Assembly (NCBI GenBank): GCA_965197645.1 | Contig: OZ240219.1 | Coordinates: 1,216,001 to 1,280,000 of the forward strand | From: Dehalococcoidia bacterium | GTDB taxonomy: Bacteria; Chloroflexota; Dehalococcoidia; Plut-88900 | Direction of reading: 5' to 3' | DNA length: 64,000 bases | Part shown: positions 8,310 through 21,361 of the stretch, in pieces | Position numbering within the stretch: the stretch's first letter is position 1 | How the letters are laid out: each line of letters opens with the position of its first letter | Translations under genes and position numbers: made by a program | The notes under the pieces: model-generated | What the model was told of the DNA's origin: nothing | What the model saw: only the letters and a program-made list of their open reading frames with translations | Database searches by the model: none

Positions 8310-9476
8310 CTACAGCTTGCCGACCCACTCCGCCATCTTCCCGACGCCCTTTTGCAGGTTCTCCAGCGAGGTGGCGAAGGATAGCCTGGCGTAACCCTCG
8401 CCATACTGGCCGAAGGAAGTTCCCGGCAGCACGGCAACACCGGCTTCGTACAGCACCCTGTCACCGAACTCCTGGCTGGTCATGCCCAGGTCCGAGACGT
8501 TGGGGAACAGGTAGAAGGCGCCGCCGGGCTTGAAGCAGCGGACGCCGTCTATGGCGTTGAGAGCATCGCAGGTCCAGTCCCTTCGCTCCTTGAACTCCTT
8601 GACCATCTGATGGGGCTCTTCTTTGGGGCCGTCTATGGCTGCGATGCCACCCTTCTGCACGAAGGCAGCCGTGCAGGAGACGCTGTTGACCATCAATCGC
8701 GATACGTGGGGCACCATCTCGGGCGGGAACACACCGTAGCCCAGCCGCCAGCCGGTCATTGCGTAGGTCTTGGAGAACCCGTCCAGGATTATGGTCCGCT
8801 CCCGCATGCCGGGGAGAGTGGCGATTGTGTGGTGAGTGCCGTTGTAGAGAATGTCCCGGTAGACCTCGTCGCTGAGCACTATGGCATCGTTTTCTATGGC
8901 TATTTCGGCGATGGCCTCCAGGTCCTTCTGGTCCAGCATCCCGCCGGTGGGATTGTGAGGTGAGTTGAGGATGATCAGCTTCGTCTTGGGGTTGGCCAGC
9001 TTCCGCAGCTCGTCTATGTCCGGTTTGAACCCCTCTTCCTCGTAGAGCCGCATCGGCACCGGGGTGCCGCCGGAGAAGTTGATCATCGATTCGTAGATGG
9101 GGAAGCCCGGGTTGGGGTAGATCACCTCGTCGCCCTCTTCCACCAGGACGGTCATGGCGAAGTACATGATGGGCTTGGCGCCGGGGGTCACTACGATGTG
9201 GTCTGGGTCGACGGTCATGCCCCGGGTCTCCGCGGTGTGGGCAGCTATCTTCTCTCTCACGTCGGGGAGGCCGGCCGCGGGCCCGTAGTGGGTGAAGCCA
9301 TCGTCCAACGCCTGCTTGGATGCGTCCTTGATGTGGTCCGGGGTCTCGAAGTCGGGTTCACCGATCTCCAGGTGCACCACGTCGACGCCCTTGGCGGCGA
9401 GGGCGTTAGCTTTTACCAGCACCTCGAAGGCCGTCTCGGTGCCCAGATTACCCATGCGACTAGCTATCTTCGACAA
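8310..9476 (-). CDS. PLP-dependent aminotransferase class I/II (aspartate aminotransferase-like)
   Basis: IGEPDF, THYGPAAG, VTPGAK, NSPHNPTG, SDEVY, GFSKTYAMTGWRLG; TTG start 9476 after GGAGGTG. Confidence 0.95.
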   Translation of the reverse strand: MSKIASRMGNLGTETAFEVLVKANALAAKGVDVVHLEIGEPDFETPDHIKDASKQALDDGFTHYGPAAGLPDVREKIAAHTAETRGMTVDPDHIVVTPGAKPIMYFAMTVLVEEGDEVIYPNPGFPIYESMINFSGGTPVPMRLYEEEGFKPDIDELRKLANPKTKLIILNSPHNPTGGMLDQKDLEAIAEIAIENDAIVLSDEVYRDILYNGTHHTIATLPGMRERTIILDGFSKTYAMTGWRLGYGVFPPEMVPHVSRLMVNSVSCTAAFVQKGGIAAIDGPKEEPHQMVKEFKERRDWTCDALNAIDGVRCFKPGGAFYLFPNVSDLGMTSQEFGDRVLYEAGVAVLPGTSFGQYGEGYARLSFATSLENLQKGVGKMAEWVGKL

Positions 9477-9504
9477 TTGGTCACCTCCCCTGGCAGGGTG
9501 TTGA

Positions 9505-9670
9505 AAAACTCTTTCGACCATCCCCCTGGCCCCCTTCTTGGCGAAGGGGGGAAGAAATCGTATCTGAGGGACACCCCTTCGGCGGGCTCAGGGCAGGCTC
9601 TCAGACTCCCGGCCCCCTCGTGCAGTCCCGTAAAACGAGCTTCGCCCCTCTGTACCCCCCTTGTTTCATC
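9505..9670 (-). repeat. Dispersed palindromic repeat, copy C, with nested ~24-bp REP-like insertion at 9576-9599
   Basis: Reverse complement of copy A; CCTTCGGCGGGCTCAGGGCAGGCT lies inside the GAGGGACACC/CTCAG hairpin. Confidence 0.85.
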
Positions 9671-9867
9671 AGTCTGCTGGGGGTTGCGGGATGCAGAACG
9701 GCCCAGATTATAACATGGCGGCTTGAGGGATGTGCTTCCGGCTACGATACCGGCCGAGGACGGGAAGAGGAGCCGGCGCGCAAGGTATTTGAGACAAACC
9801 CGAAAGAATAGATTGGACACCGGCTTCGGAGAGAGCGGGAGGTCGATCGGCCGTTTACTGGAGGCGG

Positions 9868-10998
9868 CTAGGCGCCGTTCGGGGAGAAACCGTAGAGCCG
9901 GGCGGCATTATCGTAGACGATCTTCCGCTTATCCTCTTCGGTAAGCTCCTCGAAAGTCTCCTCGATCACCTCACGGGAGTGAGGAAAGGTACCCTCATCG
10001 TGGGGGTAGTCGCTGCCCCACATCATGCAGTCGGCCCCGGTGAACCGGATGTTGTGCAGGCCTACCGGATCGTTGCCGAATGTGATGTTGCCCTGGCGCT
10101 GGAAGTACTCGCTGGGCTTCAGCTCCAGCTTGGGAGACTGCCACATGTGCCGCTGCACGTAGTTATCGTCCATGGCGTACAGGGCCCAGGCCAACCAGCC
10201 GGTACCGCACTCCACCAGAACGAACTGGAGGTCCGGGTGACGTTCCAGGGTCCCAGAGGCGCAAAGAGCGAGCATGGGGCCCATTGCTTCCGCCATTCCC
10301 GCAACCATGAGCATGGTGTCAAAGCCATCGATGGCAGTTTCGTCTCTGTTCTTTTCAGCGCTCTTCTCTTTGGGATCGCTTTCGGTGAACACGTGGAAGC
10401 TGACGGGTATGTTGGAGCGCTCCGCCGCCGTCCAGAGGGGGTTGTAGTCGCGATGGTTGTAGGGAACGGCGGGCCTGCTTACCGGGACCGATATGGACCT
10501 GTATCCGGCGTTGCCTACCCTTTCGACCTCTTTCGTGGCGGCCTGGATATCTAGGGTAGGTACGACAGCCGAGGGCAGGAACATGTCCGGCGCATCTCCG
10601 AAGATCTCCTGATAGTAGTCGTTATAGAGCTGGGCCAAGGCCATCTGATATCCAGGGTCGGGCGATGCGAAGCAACCGAAGATGCCGTTGGGATAGATCA
10701 CCTCGCCCTCGACGCCGTCCTCCTTCAAATCGGACAGACGGGTTGCTATATTGGTGCCATCGTAGTAGTCAGCGCCTTCCAGGTCCTGCTGGCGGAACTC
10801 TTTCCTCTTGTCCTCTTCGGTAAGCTCGCCGGGCGCTTCGATGGGCTGGTTCGGCTGGTTATCGATGATAAGCCAGTCCTGGCCGTCGATCTTCTCGGTC
10901 CTGGGCCTCCGGTCGCTATACTCGGCGGGAAGCCGGTCGTAGAGATTATTAGGGTGACCAACATGGGAGTCCGCAGAGATGATCCTGTAGTCCGCCAT
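9868..10998 (-). CDS. Amidohydrolase_2 family protein
   Basis: IISADSH, DGVEGEVIYP, PVSFH, ERHPDLQFVLVE, MWGSDYPHDEGTFP. Confidence 0.9.
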   Translation of the reverse strand: MADYRIISADSHVGHPNNLYDRLPAEYSDRRPRTEKIDGQDWLIIDNQPNQPIEAPGELTEEDKRKEFRQQDLEGADYYDGTNIATRLSDLKEDGVEGEVIYPNGIFGCFASPDPGYQMALAQLYNDYYQEIFGDAPDMFLPSAVVPTLDIQAATKEVERVGNAGYRSISVPVSRPAVPYNHRDYNPLWTAAERSNIPVSFHVFTESDPKEKSAEKNRDETAIDGFDTMLMVAGMAEAMGPMLALCASGTLERHPDLQFVLVECGTGWLAWALYAMDDNYVQRHMWQSPKLELKPSEYFQRQGNITFGNDPVGLHNIRFTGADCMMWGSDYPHDEGTFPHSREVIEETFEELTEEDKRKIVYDNAARLYGFSPNGA

Positions 10999-11038
10999 AG
11001 TTCACTTCCCCCTGAGTTCGAAAATCGACTATGGCTCG

Positions 11039-11067
11039 ATTCTATGGAACCTCCCAAAGTGTGTCAA
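11039..11067 (-). promoter_or_regulatory. Sigma70 promoter of the amidohydrolase
   Basis: TTGACA-N17-TAGAAT on the minus strand. Confidence 0.6.
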
Positions 11068-11151
11068 ACCCAGTAGATCGGGCAATGGCGTCCATCGATA
11101 CGGGTTGAGGCCCTTGGCTTACGCTAAGGCCCTCGACACACCTTGAAGTAA

Positions 11152-12402
11152 TTACACAACCCTGGCCCCGGCTTGGAAGACGGCTACTACGTTGGCCAGG
11201 TCTTCGATGTCCCGGGTTGGGTCGCCCTTCACCAGCAGCAGATCGGCCTGCTTGCCCGGCTCGACGGTTCCGACTTCGTTAAGGATCCCAACGGCATCGG
11301 CGGCGTCCCTGGTACCGGCCACGATGGCCTGGGAGTGGGACAGGCCGGCGTCCACCAGGGCCTTCAGCTCTGCATGGAACTGGGCGAAGGGATAGTCGGC
11401 CCAACCGCAGTCTGAGCCCCCGATGAACCTGGCGCCCTGGGAGATCATTCTGCCGGTATTCTCGGTCGTCGCCTCCAGATAGCGTTTCCTCTCCTCCAGA
11501 GCTATCTCCTCCTCCGGTTGCAGACCAGCGTTTCTCCGCTTCTCCTCCAGTGCCAGGACGGTGGACTTTACCACGTGGAGGGTCGGGTTGATCCACGCTC
11601 CCGATTCAGCGATCCTGTCGGCCACTTCAGGGTCGTACTGAACAGTGTCGTCGGTGGAGACGAAGGAGCAGTGGATTATCATGTCCACCGACGTATCCAG
11701 GCAGTTGACTATTGCGTCGGTGGCGATGGCGTGGCCGGCCACCAGCTTGCCCCTGTGGTGGGCCTCCTCCACGGCTGCCTGTAGCTCGCTCTGGGTGTAG
11801 GAGGCCCGCTGGCGCATGGAACCCCGGGTGGTGCCGCCGCTGGCCATCACCTTGATGAAGTCGGCGCCTTCCTTGATCAGCTGGCGAACGGCAGACCGGA
11901 CCTGGTCGATGCCGTCGGCCTCCGAGCCCATCATCCAGCAGTGGCCGCCGGTGATGGTGATTGGGCGGCCGCAGGCGACTATTCTAGGCCCCGGCACAAT
12001 CCCACGACGGATCCCCTCCTTCACCGAGAAGACCACCCCGTGCCATCCGCCGTTATCCCGCATGGTGGTCACGCCGCTCTCTAGGGCCATGCGGCTGCTT
12101 TTGACAGCGTGCAACAGGTGGATATCGTCATTGTCCTCGTGGACCTGGTCTACGGACTGGCCCGTGCCGGGCATGTTGGTGTGGGTGTGGCAATCGATGA
12201 GACCGGGGAGCAGGGTTGTGTCGGGGAGGTCAATGACGTCGGTGGCCCGCTCCTCGAAAGAGGACAGCTCTGATAGAGGGCCGACGTTAGTGATCACATC
12301 GTTTTCCACGACGACGGCCAGACCTTGCTTCGATGGGCCGCCGCGTCCGTCGACCAGCCTTCCGGGTTTGATTACCTTGAGGGATGAAGCGGGATTGGTC
12401 AT
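11152..12402 (-). CDS. Metal-dependent amidohydrolase (prolidase/imidazolonepropionase-like)
   Basis: LLPGLIDCHTH, GVTTMRD, TGGH, GADFIKVMASGG, GHA, IIHC, GSDCG, GKQADLLLV. Confidence 0.9.
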   Translation of the reverse strand: MTNPASSLKVIKPGRLVDGRGGPSKQGLAVVVENDVITNVGPLSELSSFEERATDVIDLPDTTLLPGLIDCHTHTNMPGTGQSVDQVHEDNDDIHLLHAVKSSRMALESGVTTMRDNGGWHGVVFSVKEGIRRGIVPGPRIVACGRPITITGGHCWMMGSEADGIDQVRSAVRQLIKEGADFIKVMASGGTTRGSMRQRASYTQSELQAAVEEAHHRGKLVAGHAIATDAIVNCLDTSVDMIIHCSFVSTDDTVQYDPEVADRIAESGAWINPTLHVVKSTVLALEEKRRNAGLQPEEEIALEERKRYLEATTENTGRMISQGARFIGGSDCGWADYPFAQFHAELKALVDAGLSHSQAIVAGTRDAADAVGILNEVGTVEPGKQADLLLVKGDPTRDIEDLANVVAVFQAGARVV

Positions 12403-12478
12403 GGCGCCTCCTCGTCCGAGACCGGATCGAGGCGATGATACCATGCGTCGGAGGAGATGGCCGGGGAGGCTTGGGGAG

Positions 12479-12715
12479 CTAACGGTTTGCTTCGATGAGA
12501 GGGTCGATCCGGGCCATAACGCAATCGTCTTGCCCCAGCAACGGACAATCGGTGGTCAGTTTATCGGCCTCGCTGGCCTTGCAGGTCCGTTTCCTCTCGA
12601 CACACAGCATCAGGGCCATGGAGTAGTCCAGCGCAGCGATGGTCTGCCTATCCGGGGTCATGCCCTCTGCCATCCACTCTCGCAGCACTTTGAGGTTGAG
12701 CTGGTGCTTTTTCAT
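12479..12715 (-). CDS. Small 4-Cys hypothetical protein (78 aa)
   Basis: ATG with AGGTAGG RBS; same strand as the activase operon and downstream of it. Confidence 0.55.
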   Translation of the reverse strand: MKKHQLNLKVLREWMAEGMTPDRQTIAALDYSMALMLCVERKRTCKASEADKLTTDCPLLGQDDCVMARIDPLIEANR

Positions 12716-12746
12716 TTCCCTACCTACATAGACCTGGAGGAAACGT

Positions 12747-12780
12747 TGCGGGCTGGCGCGCCAAGGGCGGCCAGCCCGCA
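12747..12780 (-). terminator. Strong GC hairpin after the dehydratase-like gene
   Basis: TGCGGGCTGGC...GCCAGCCCGCA. Confidence 0.55.
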
Positions 12781-12802
12781 GTGGGTTTTGCCTTGATGGC
12801 GG

Positions 12803-14422
12803 CTAGCTGAGGCCCATTCCCAGCCGCTTGATGGCCAGGTCCGCCTGACGTTTCCAATGACGCAGCGTACCACCGTTCCGGGCCTTGTTTCTGTGATGGG
12901 CTATGTCCGCGACGAAGTTGGCTGCGGTGCTGGCAGCTTCGTGGGGGACGTTTCTCATTGCCCGCCCGAGCTTCGGGTTTTCGGCCACGAACTCCCCTAT
13001 CTCCTCCATGGTGACGTCGTTCTCGTCCAGGATCTTCTGCAGTTCTTCCCTGGCCTTCATCTTGGCCTCGTAGAGCTTCATTTGCATTCTGCTCTTGACG
13101 TTGACTTCACCATCACCGGAGGTCTCGATGGGGATGTATATGGCGTCTTTGAAATCCGCCACCACCTTGCTCTGTACACCATCGCTCTGAGTGCTGGGCA
13201 TGCAGCCAAAGGGTTTCATGGAGATCACCATGTGGGCCTGGTGCTCTTTGGTGGCCATTATGTTCTTGCCTATCTCCAGGTGGCCTTCGCCGCCCTTCAA
13301 GTGGGTGTTGTAGTAGGCCCGGGCGTACTGGGCCAGCTTAGCCTGGGAGGGCAGGGGATCCGTCTTGAAGCCCAGGGCCGCTCTGTAGGAGTTGTAGAAC
13401 ACCCGCACGAAGGCTTTGGCCACCTTGAGCTTGCGTATCAGCTTCTTGGCGTTGGGGTCGATGTCCACCTTTTCCTCGGCGGTGTGGCTGGCGCTGAAAA
13501 TCAGGTACTCGATCCATGTGCCCACCGGCTCCACCTTGACTTCGGCGCCTTCGCTCTCCAGCCAGCTGAACACCTTGTAGTTGCCGTCGCCCTCGGTGGT
13601 CTGGGCCCAGAACTCTCCGGTGATCTTCACCTTGGGCTTCACCCGTGTGTAGTCCACCTCTATCTTTTCCAGCTTCTTTCTCACCTTGCGAAGGGCCAGC
13701 ACCACGTGGACGCCCCGGCGGAGCGCGTCGGCCACCAGCTCCTTGGACTCCTCCAGCACCCGGTTGGTCTCGCCGGGGTTGACCTCGTAAGGGCGGATCT
13801 TGTACACGACGGCGTTGAGGAGGTCGCCGGCAATCATGCCTTTGAGCATCTGCATGAAGAACTTGCCGTTGAGCTCCAGCCCAGGCCCCTCTTGGCCGGA
13901 GGTCTGCTTCAGTCCCCCGTTCTGGTCCCACAGTAGGACCCGGAAGTCCTGGAAGTCCGCCTCTTTGAGGGCTTTTCGGTACTCCGCTTCGTACATGCCG
14001 AACCGGCAGGGGCCGCAGGCGCCGGCCGTGACGAAGACGTACTTGTCCTCGATATCTTCGACGCCCTGCTCATCCCTGAGGATCTTGAGGTGCTTGACCA
14101 GGTTGCCCACGGTGTAGTAGGTGGGGTTACACTGGCCCCGGTTCCCGTACTCCTTGCCCACCTGCAGGGAGTCGTTATCGGGGACGGGCAACGGCTGGAC
14201 CTTGTAGCCCAGGTGCTCCACGGCGGCGGTCATAAGCTGCTCGTGGGCGATGGTGAGCCCGCCCCAGAGAATGGTGGTCGACTCGCGCTCGTTCTTGGTA
14301 AAGGGACGTTCGATGGGCTTCTTGAAGTGCTTCGATTTCGCACCGAGGCCCATCTCGTCTCTTAGCTCGGCTTCGAAGGCCTTTACTTTCTCCTCTATAG
14401 TTTTGTCAGCAGTTTGAACCAC
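12803..14422 (-). CDS. 2-hydroxyacyl-CoA dehydratase-like Fe-S subunit (activase partner)
   Basis: GQCNPTYYTVGN, TAGACGPCRFGMY, GGEGHLE, KPFGCMP. Confidence 0.8.
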   Translation of the reverse strand: MVQTADKTIEEKVKAFEAELRDEMGLGAKSKHFKKPIERPFTKNERESTTILWGGLTIAHEQLMTAAVEHLGYKVQPLPVPDNDSLQVGKEYGNRGQCNPTYYTVGNLVKHLKILRDEQGVEDIEDKYVFVTAGACGPCRFGMYEAEYRKALKEADFQDFRVLLWDQNGGLKQTSGQEGPGLELNGKFFMQMLKGMIAGDLLNAVVYKIRPYEVNPGETNRVLEESKELVADALRRGVHVVLALRKVRKKLEKIEVDYTRVKPKVKITGEFWAQTTEGDGNYKVFSWLESEGAEVKVEPVGTWIEYLIFSASHTAEEKVDIDPNAKKLIRKLKVAKAFVRVFYNSYRAALGFKTDPLPSQAKLAQYARAYYNTHLKGGEGHLEIGKNIMATKEHQAHMVISMKPFGCMPSTQSDGVQSKVVADFKDAIYIPIETSGDGEVNVKSRMQMKLYEAKMKAREELQKILDENDVTMEEIGEFVAENPKLGRAMRNVPHEAASTAANFVADIAHHRNKARNGGTLRHWKRQADLAIKRLGMGLS

Positions 14423-14434
14423 GCTGGTGGCCTC

Positions 14435-18106
<3,672 letters not shown>

Positions 18107-18119
18107 GGGTAACCCCTCT

Positions 18120-18797
18120 CTAGGATGCGCCGGTACTTGCAACGGCGCCTTTGTCTACTTCCGTCAGGTCTGGTCTATCGTTGTTGGTCCATAGATAGTT
18201 AGGCGGCACGGTGAGCAGCACGCCCTGCAGACCGAAGCTGAGCAGCTCTTCGAGAAGCTCGTCCAGGTCTGGAATCGGTCCCTGTTGTGAGGATGTGACC
18301 TGGCGTATCGCCTCTTTACCCAGGCCGATAATGCAGTAGGTGGTCAGCCGTGTATTGCACTCCCTCATAAGGCCCATCTCTACGCCGTGCTTCAGCGAAG
18401 CCTCTATCATATTGGCCAGCTTTGCGTAGAACCGGTCCAGCTTCTGGTCCGACTCCTTGCCCAGTCCCTCCGCGTGGCGCAGCAGTATCTGGGTCAGGGG
18501 CTTGTTGTCCAGGAGGTAGCTCAGTACCCTGGTCAAGTTGCTGTGGAGCTGCTCCAGGGGAGGTGCGGCATCCTTGCCCAGGTCGATGGGCTTCAGGCGC
18601 CCCTCTATCTCCTTCAGCAGGGTATCGGTAATACTGTCGAAGACTTGGCGTTTGCCATCGAAGTAGAGGTAGAAGGTGCCGCGGGCTATCCCGGCCCTCT
18701 GGATGATGTCCGAGACGTTGGCGGAGAAGTAACCCTTTTCGGAGAAGACCTCGCCCGCGCTCCTGATTAGCTGCTCTCTTCGCTTCTCTTTCAGCAT
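18120..18797 (-). CDS. TetR/AcrR family regulator
   Basis: A.EVFSEKGY..ANVSDIIQRAGIARGTFYLYF.GK HTH. Confidence 0.95.
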   Translation of the reverse strand: MLKEKRREQLIRSAGEVFSEKGYFSANVSDIIQRAGIARGTFYLYFDGKRQVFDSITDTLLKEIEGRLKPIDLGKDAAPPLEQLHSNLTRVLSYLLDNKPLTQILLRHAEGLGKESDQKLDRFYAKLANMIEASLKHGVEMGLMRECNTRLTTYCIIGLGKEAIRQVTSSQQGPIPDLDELLEELLSFGLQGVLLTVPPNYLWTNNDRPDLTEVDKGAVASTGAS

Positions 18798-18821
18798 CCC
18801 TACCTCACCTGCCCACTATGT

Positions 18822-18847
18822 TACTAGACTGACATGTCAGTCCAGTA
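18822..18847. promoter_or_regulatory. Probable TetR operator (26-bp palindrome with perfect 16-bp core)
   Basis: TACTAGACTGACATGTCAGTCCAGTA, 25-50 bp upstream of the tetR ATG in a divergent intergenic region. Confidence 0.75.
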
Positions 18848-18990
18848 TCGCAGTTGAGGAAATATAATGGCAAATGCCGCCCATGTCAATGGCCTCCAAC
18901 GACTGAAAACGATTGATCTATGGACGTGCTATCATTCTCGTGGCCCGGAGGAAGAAGGCGACTCAAGGTCGGAGATGCTAGGAGGTATTT

Positions 18991-20211
18991 ATGGCCAGCC
19001 CCGCGAAAAAGAGATTTCTGGTTGGACAGAACACCGTCGATTTCGAAGGCAGGGTTGACGTTCCCCGGCTGAAGAAAGAGCGCTTGGCCCGATTACAGGA
19101 CCAGATGACCGAGGCGGACCTCGGCGGCATGCTCTTGTTCGATCCGGTCAACATCCGCTACGCCACCGGAGACAGGAATTCCGGCGCGGCGGCCATGAGG
19201 ATGTTCATGGGATACTCGGTGGTGCCTGCCGAAGGAGAACCGGTTGTAGTAGGAGCGACAACCGACGACGGCTCCTACGCCGTAGCGAAGGGCACCATGT
19301 GGGACTACTTCCCCTGCGGCCGCAACGTGGAAGCCGCCGCCAGAAAATGGGGGGCCGACGTCAAGGACCTGATGATCCAGATGGGGTTCGGTGGGGAGCG
19401 TCTGGGAGTCGACAAGCTGGACTTCTACTCGATGGAGTCCTTGCGAGGACAAGAGATAGAGGTCGCCGATGCCCGCGTGCCCCTGGAGAAGGCCCGGGCC
19501 ATCAAGACCGAGGACGAGGTGCTCCTGATCCGCCAGGCCTGCGCTATAGCCGACATAGCCATCTGTGCCGTTCGGGACGCCATAAAGCCGGGAGTTACCG
19601 AGGACGAGTTGTTCGCCATCATGACCTATGAGAACCTGAAACGGGGCGGCGAGCATATGGACGTTCGGCTGTTGGCCACCGGCGAGAACACAAATCCTTG
19701 GACCCACCTCGCCACGGATCGGATGGTGATGCCGGGAGAGCTGGTTGCCTACGACACCGACATGGCCGGTCCCATGGGTTACTTCGCCGATTTCTCCCGT
19801 ACCTACCTCTGCGGCACCGGCAGACCAAACGAGGATCAGCTGGAAGCGTACAAGATCGCCTATAACTTCATCTATGAGTCGTTGGAGCACTTCAAGCCTG
19901 GAATGTACTTCCAGGAGATCGCCGAGAGGTGCCCCGAGCTTCCCGAGGAGTACAAGTACCAGCGTTACCCCATGATCGCCCACGGCGACGGCATGTCCGA
20001 CGAGTGGCCCTGTGTCTACTGGACCGACCAGAGCTGGAGCGGCTACGGCAACGATCCCGACGTCCTGGAGGAAAACATGGTGCTCAGCGTCGAGGGACTG
20101 GCCAGCAAGCGGGGGGCTTACGAAAGCGTGAAGCTGGAGGAGGAGGTACTCATCACCAAGGACGGCCCCGAGATCCTCTCTCACGCCCCCTTCGACGAGC
20201 GGTTCTTCTAG
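18991..20211 (+). CDS. M24 metallopeptidase-fold protein, DddP (DMSP lyase)-like
   Basis: LFDPVNIRYATG, TNPW, YDTDMAGPMGYFADFSRT, RY...HGDGMSDEWP, SVEG, VKLEEEVLIT. Confidence 0.85.
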   Translation: MASPAKKRFLVGQNTVDFEGRVDVPRLKKERLARLQDQMTEADLGGMLLFDPVNIRYATGDRNSGAAAMRMFMGYSVVPAEGEPVVVGATTDDGSYAVAKGTMWDYFPCGRNVEAAARKWGADVKDLMIQMGFGGERLGVDKLDFYSMESLRGQEIEVADARVPLEKARAIKTEDEVLLIRQACAIADIAICAVRDAIKPGVTEDELFAIMTYENLKRGGEHMDVRLLATGENTNPWTHLATDRMVMPGELVAYDTDMAGPMGYFADFSRTYLCGTGRPNEDQLEAYKIAYNFIYESLEHFKPGMYFQEIAERCPELPEEYKYQRYPMIAHGDGMSDEWPCVYWTDQSWSGYGNDPDVLEENMVLSVEGLASKRGAYESVKLEEEVLITKDGPEILSHAPFDERFF

Positions 20212-20223
20212 CCTGAATCGGCG

Positions 20224-21345
20224 TTAGGGGTGGGAATGGGTCTCCAGGGCGCTGATCTCCTGGCTGCGCAAGGCGTGGGCGACCTCTTCCCCGGACGCCT
20301 CGTCCTTCTCAGCCCAGGCCCTGACCAGGCCGAAAGCCCCGGTTAGCATCATGTCGCCGTAGGGCGCGGCAAAGTAGGGGTGCAAGGGAGAGTTGTTCAG
20401 CAGGTGCCGCTGCGGGCCCGTCACCGAGAGAAAGGCGTCGCAGTCCCCTTTTTCCAGGGTGATGGCGCCGTGGCCGTGGTCCAGCCAGACTTCTTGATCG
20501 TCCAGAGCACCCTTCACCAGGCGCCGCAGGTAGGACTCGAGCTTGCTCTGATCGAAGAGCCCGGTATGGTGCTCGAACAGGCTCTGGATCGTGGTGTCAT
20601 GGAGGTGGAAAGCCAGGGTGTGACCGTTGCCCAGGTTGGTTATCACCTTGCAACTCTGGGCAGCAACGTGATCGTCCTCAAGCGCGCCGACCAGTGCAGC
20701 CTCCGCGGTGTCCATCAGCAGCACCTCCGAATCGCCGGCGCACTCCACTACGGCTCTCATTCGGGTCATATAGTCGGGTATCTCGTGGCGGAGGTAGGCG
20801 AAATCGGCGATTGCCAGCTGCCGGTTGCCGATCTGCTTTCGCAGGTGATCGAACCGGAACTTCCTGTCCGAGTACCCTGCCGGTGCGAAACCGTGATCGA
20901 AGACGGCAACCGCAACAACGTCCCAATCGGGTCTGACGTCGAAAGCGATTAGTGCCGCGCCCACCATCTCGAGGTCCAGGTCTCTAAGCTCGACCCGGCC
21001 GGCGTCCGGCAACGAGTTGATCTCGTCGAGGCTGGCCAGGGTAACGCCCATCTCTTTGACCACGTCCATGTCGTCATCGAAGGTGGCGGCCGCTTCCGGC
21101 GTGGCGAAAACGGGAAACCCCGCCCTCTTGTGGTGGATTGTAGCCTCGGTGACGGGGCCGCCTCCCATGTTGACGCCGGTGAGGGCCAGGGGCTTCTGGG
21201 CTCGCGTGACCTCTTGGATCCGCTGGCCGGCGATGACCGTGGGCGCAGGCATCACCATCTTGATGCAGTTTTCCACGCTCTTCGTAGAGTCGAACAGGAG
21301 GATGTCCTGGGTACCGGTGCCTACGTCCAGCGCGAGAATCTTCAC
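20224..21345 (-). CDS. DUF1786 family protein (ASKHA/actin-like fold)
   Basis: KILALDVGTGTQDILL, MGGGP, DHGFAP..SDRKFRF, NLGNGHT, FEHHT, GDMMLTG. Confidence 0.8.
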   Translation of the reverse strand: MKILALDVGTGTQDILLFDSTKSVENCIKMVMPAPTVIAGQRIQEVTRAQKPLALTGVNMGGGPVTEATIHHKRAGFPVFATPEAAATFDDDMDVVKEMGVTLASLDEINSLPDAGRVELRDLDLEMVGAALIAFDVRPDWDVVAVAVFDHGFAPAGYSDRKFRFDHLRKQIGNRQLAIADFAYLRHEIPDYMTRMRAVVECAGDSEVLLMDTAEAALVGALEDDHVAAQSCKVITNLGNGHTLAFHLHDTTIQSLFEHHTGLFDQSKLESYLRRLVKGALDDQEVWLDHGHGAITLEKGDCDAFLSVTGPQRHLLNNSPLHPYFAAPYGDMMLTGAFGLVRAWAEKDEASGEEVAHALRSQEISALETHSHP

Positions 21346-21361
21346 GACGAACTGAGCCCGG

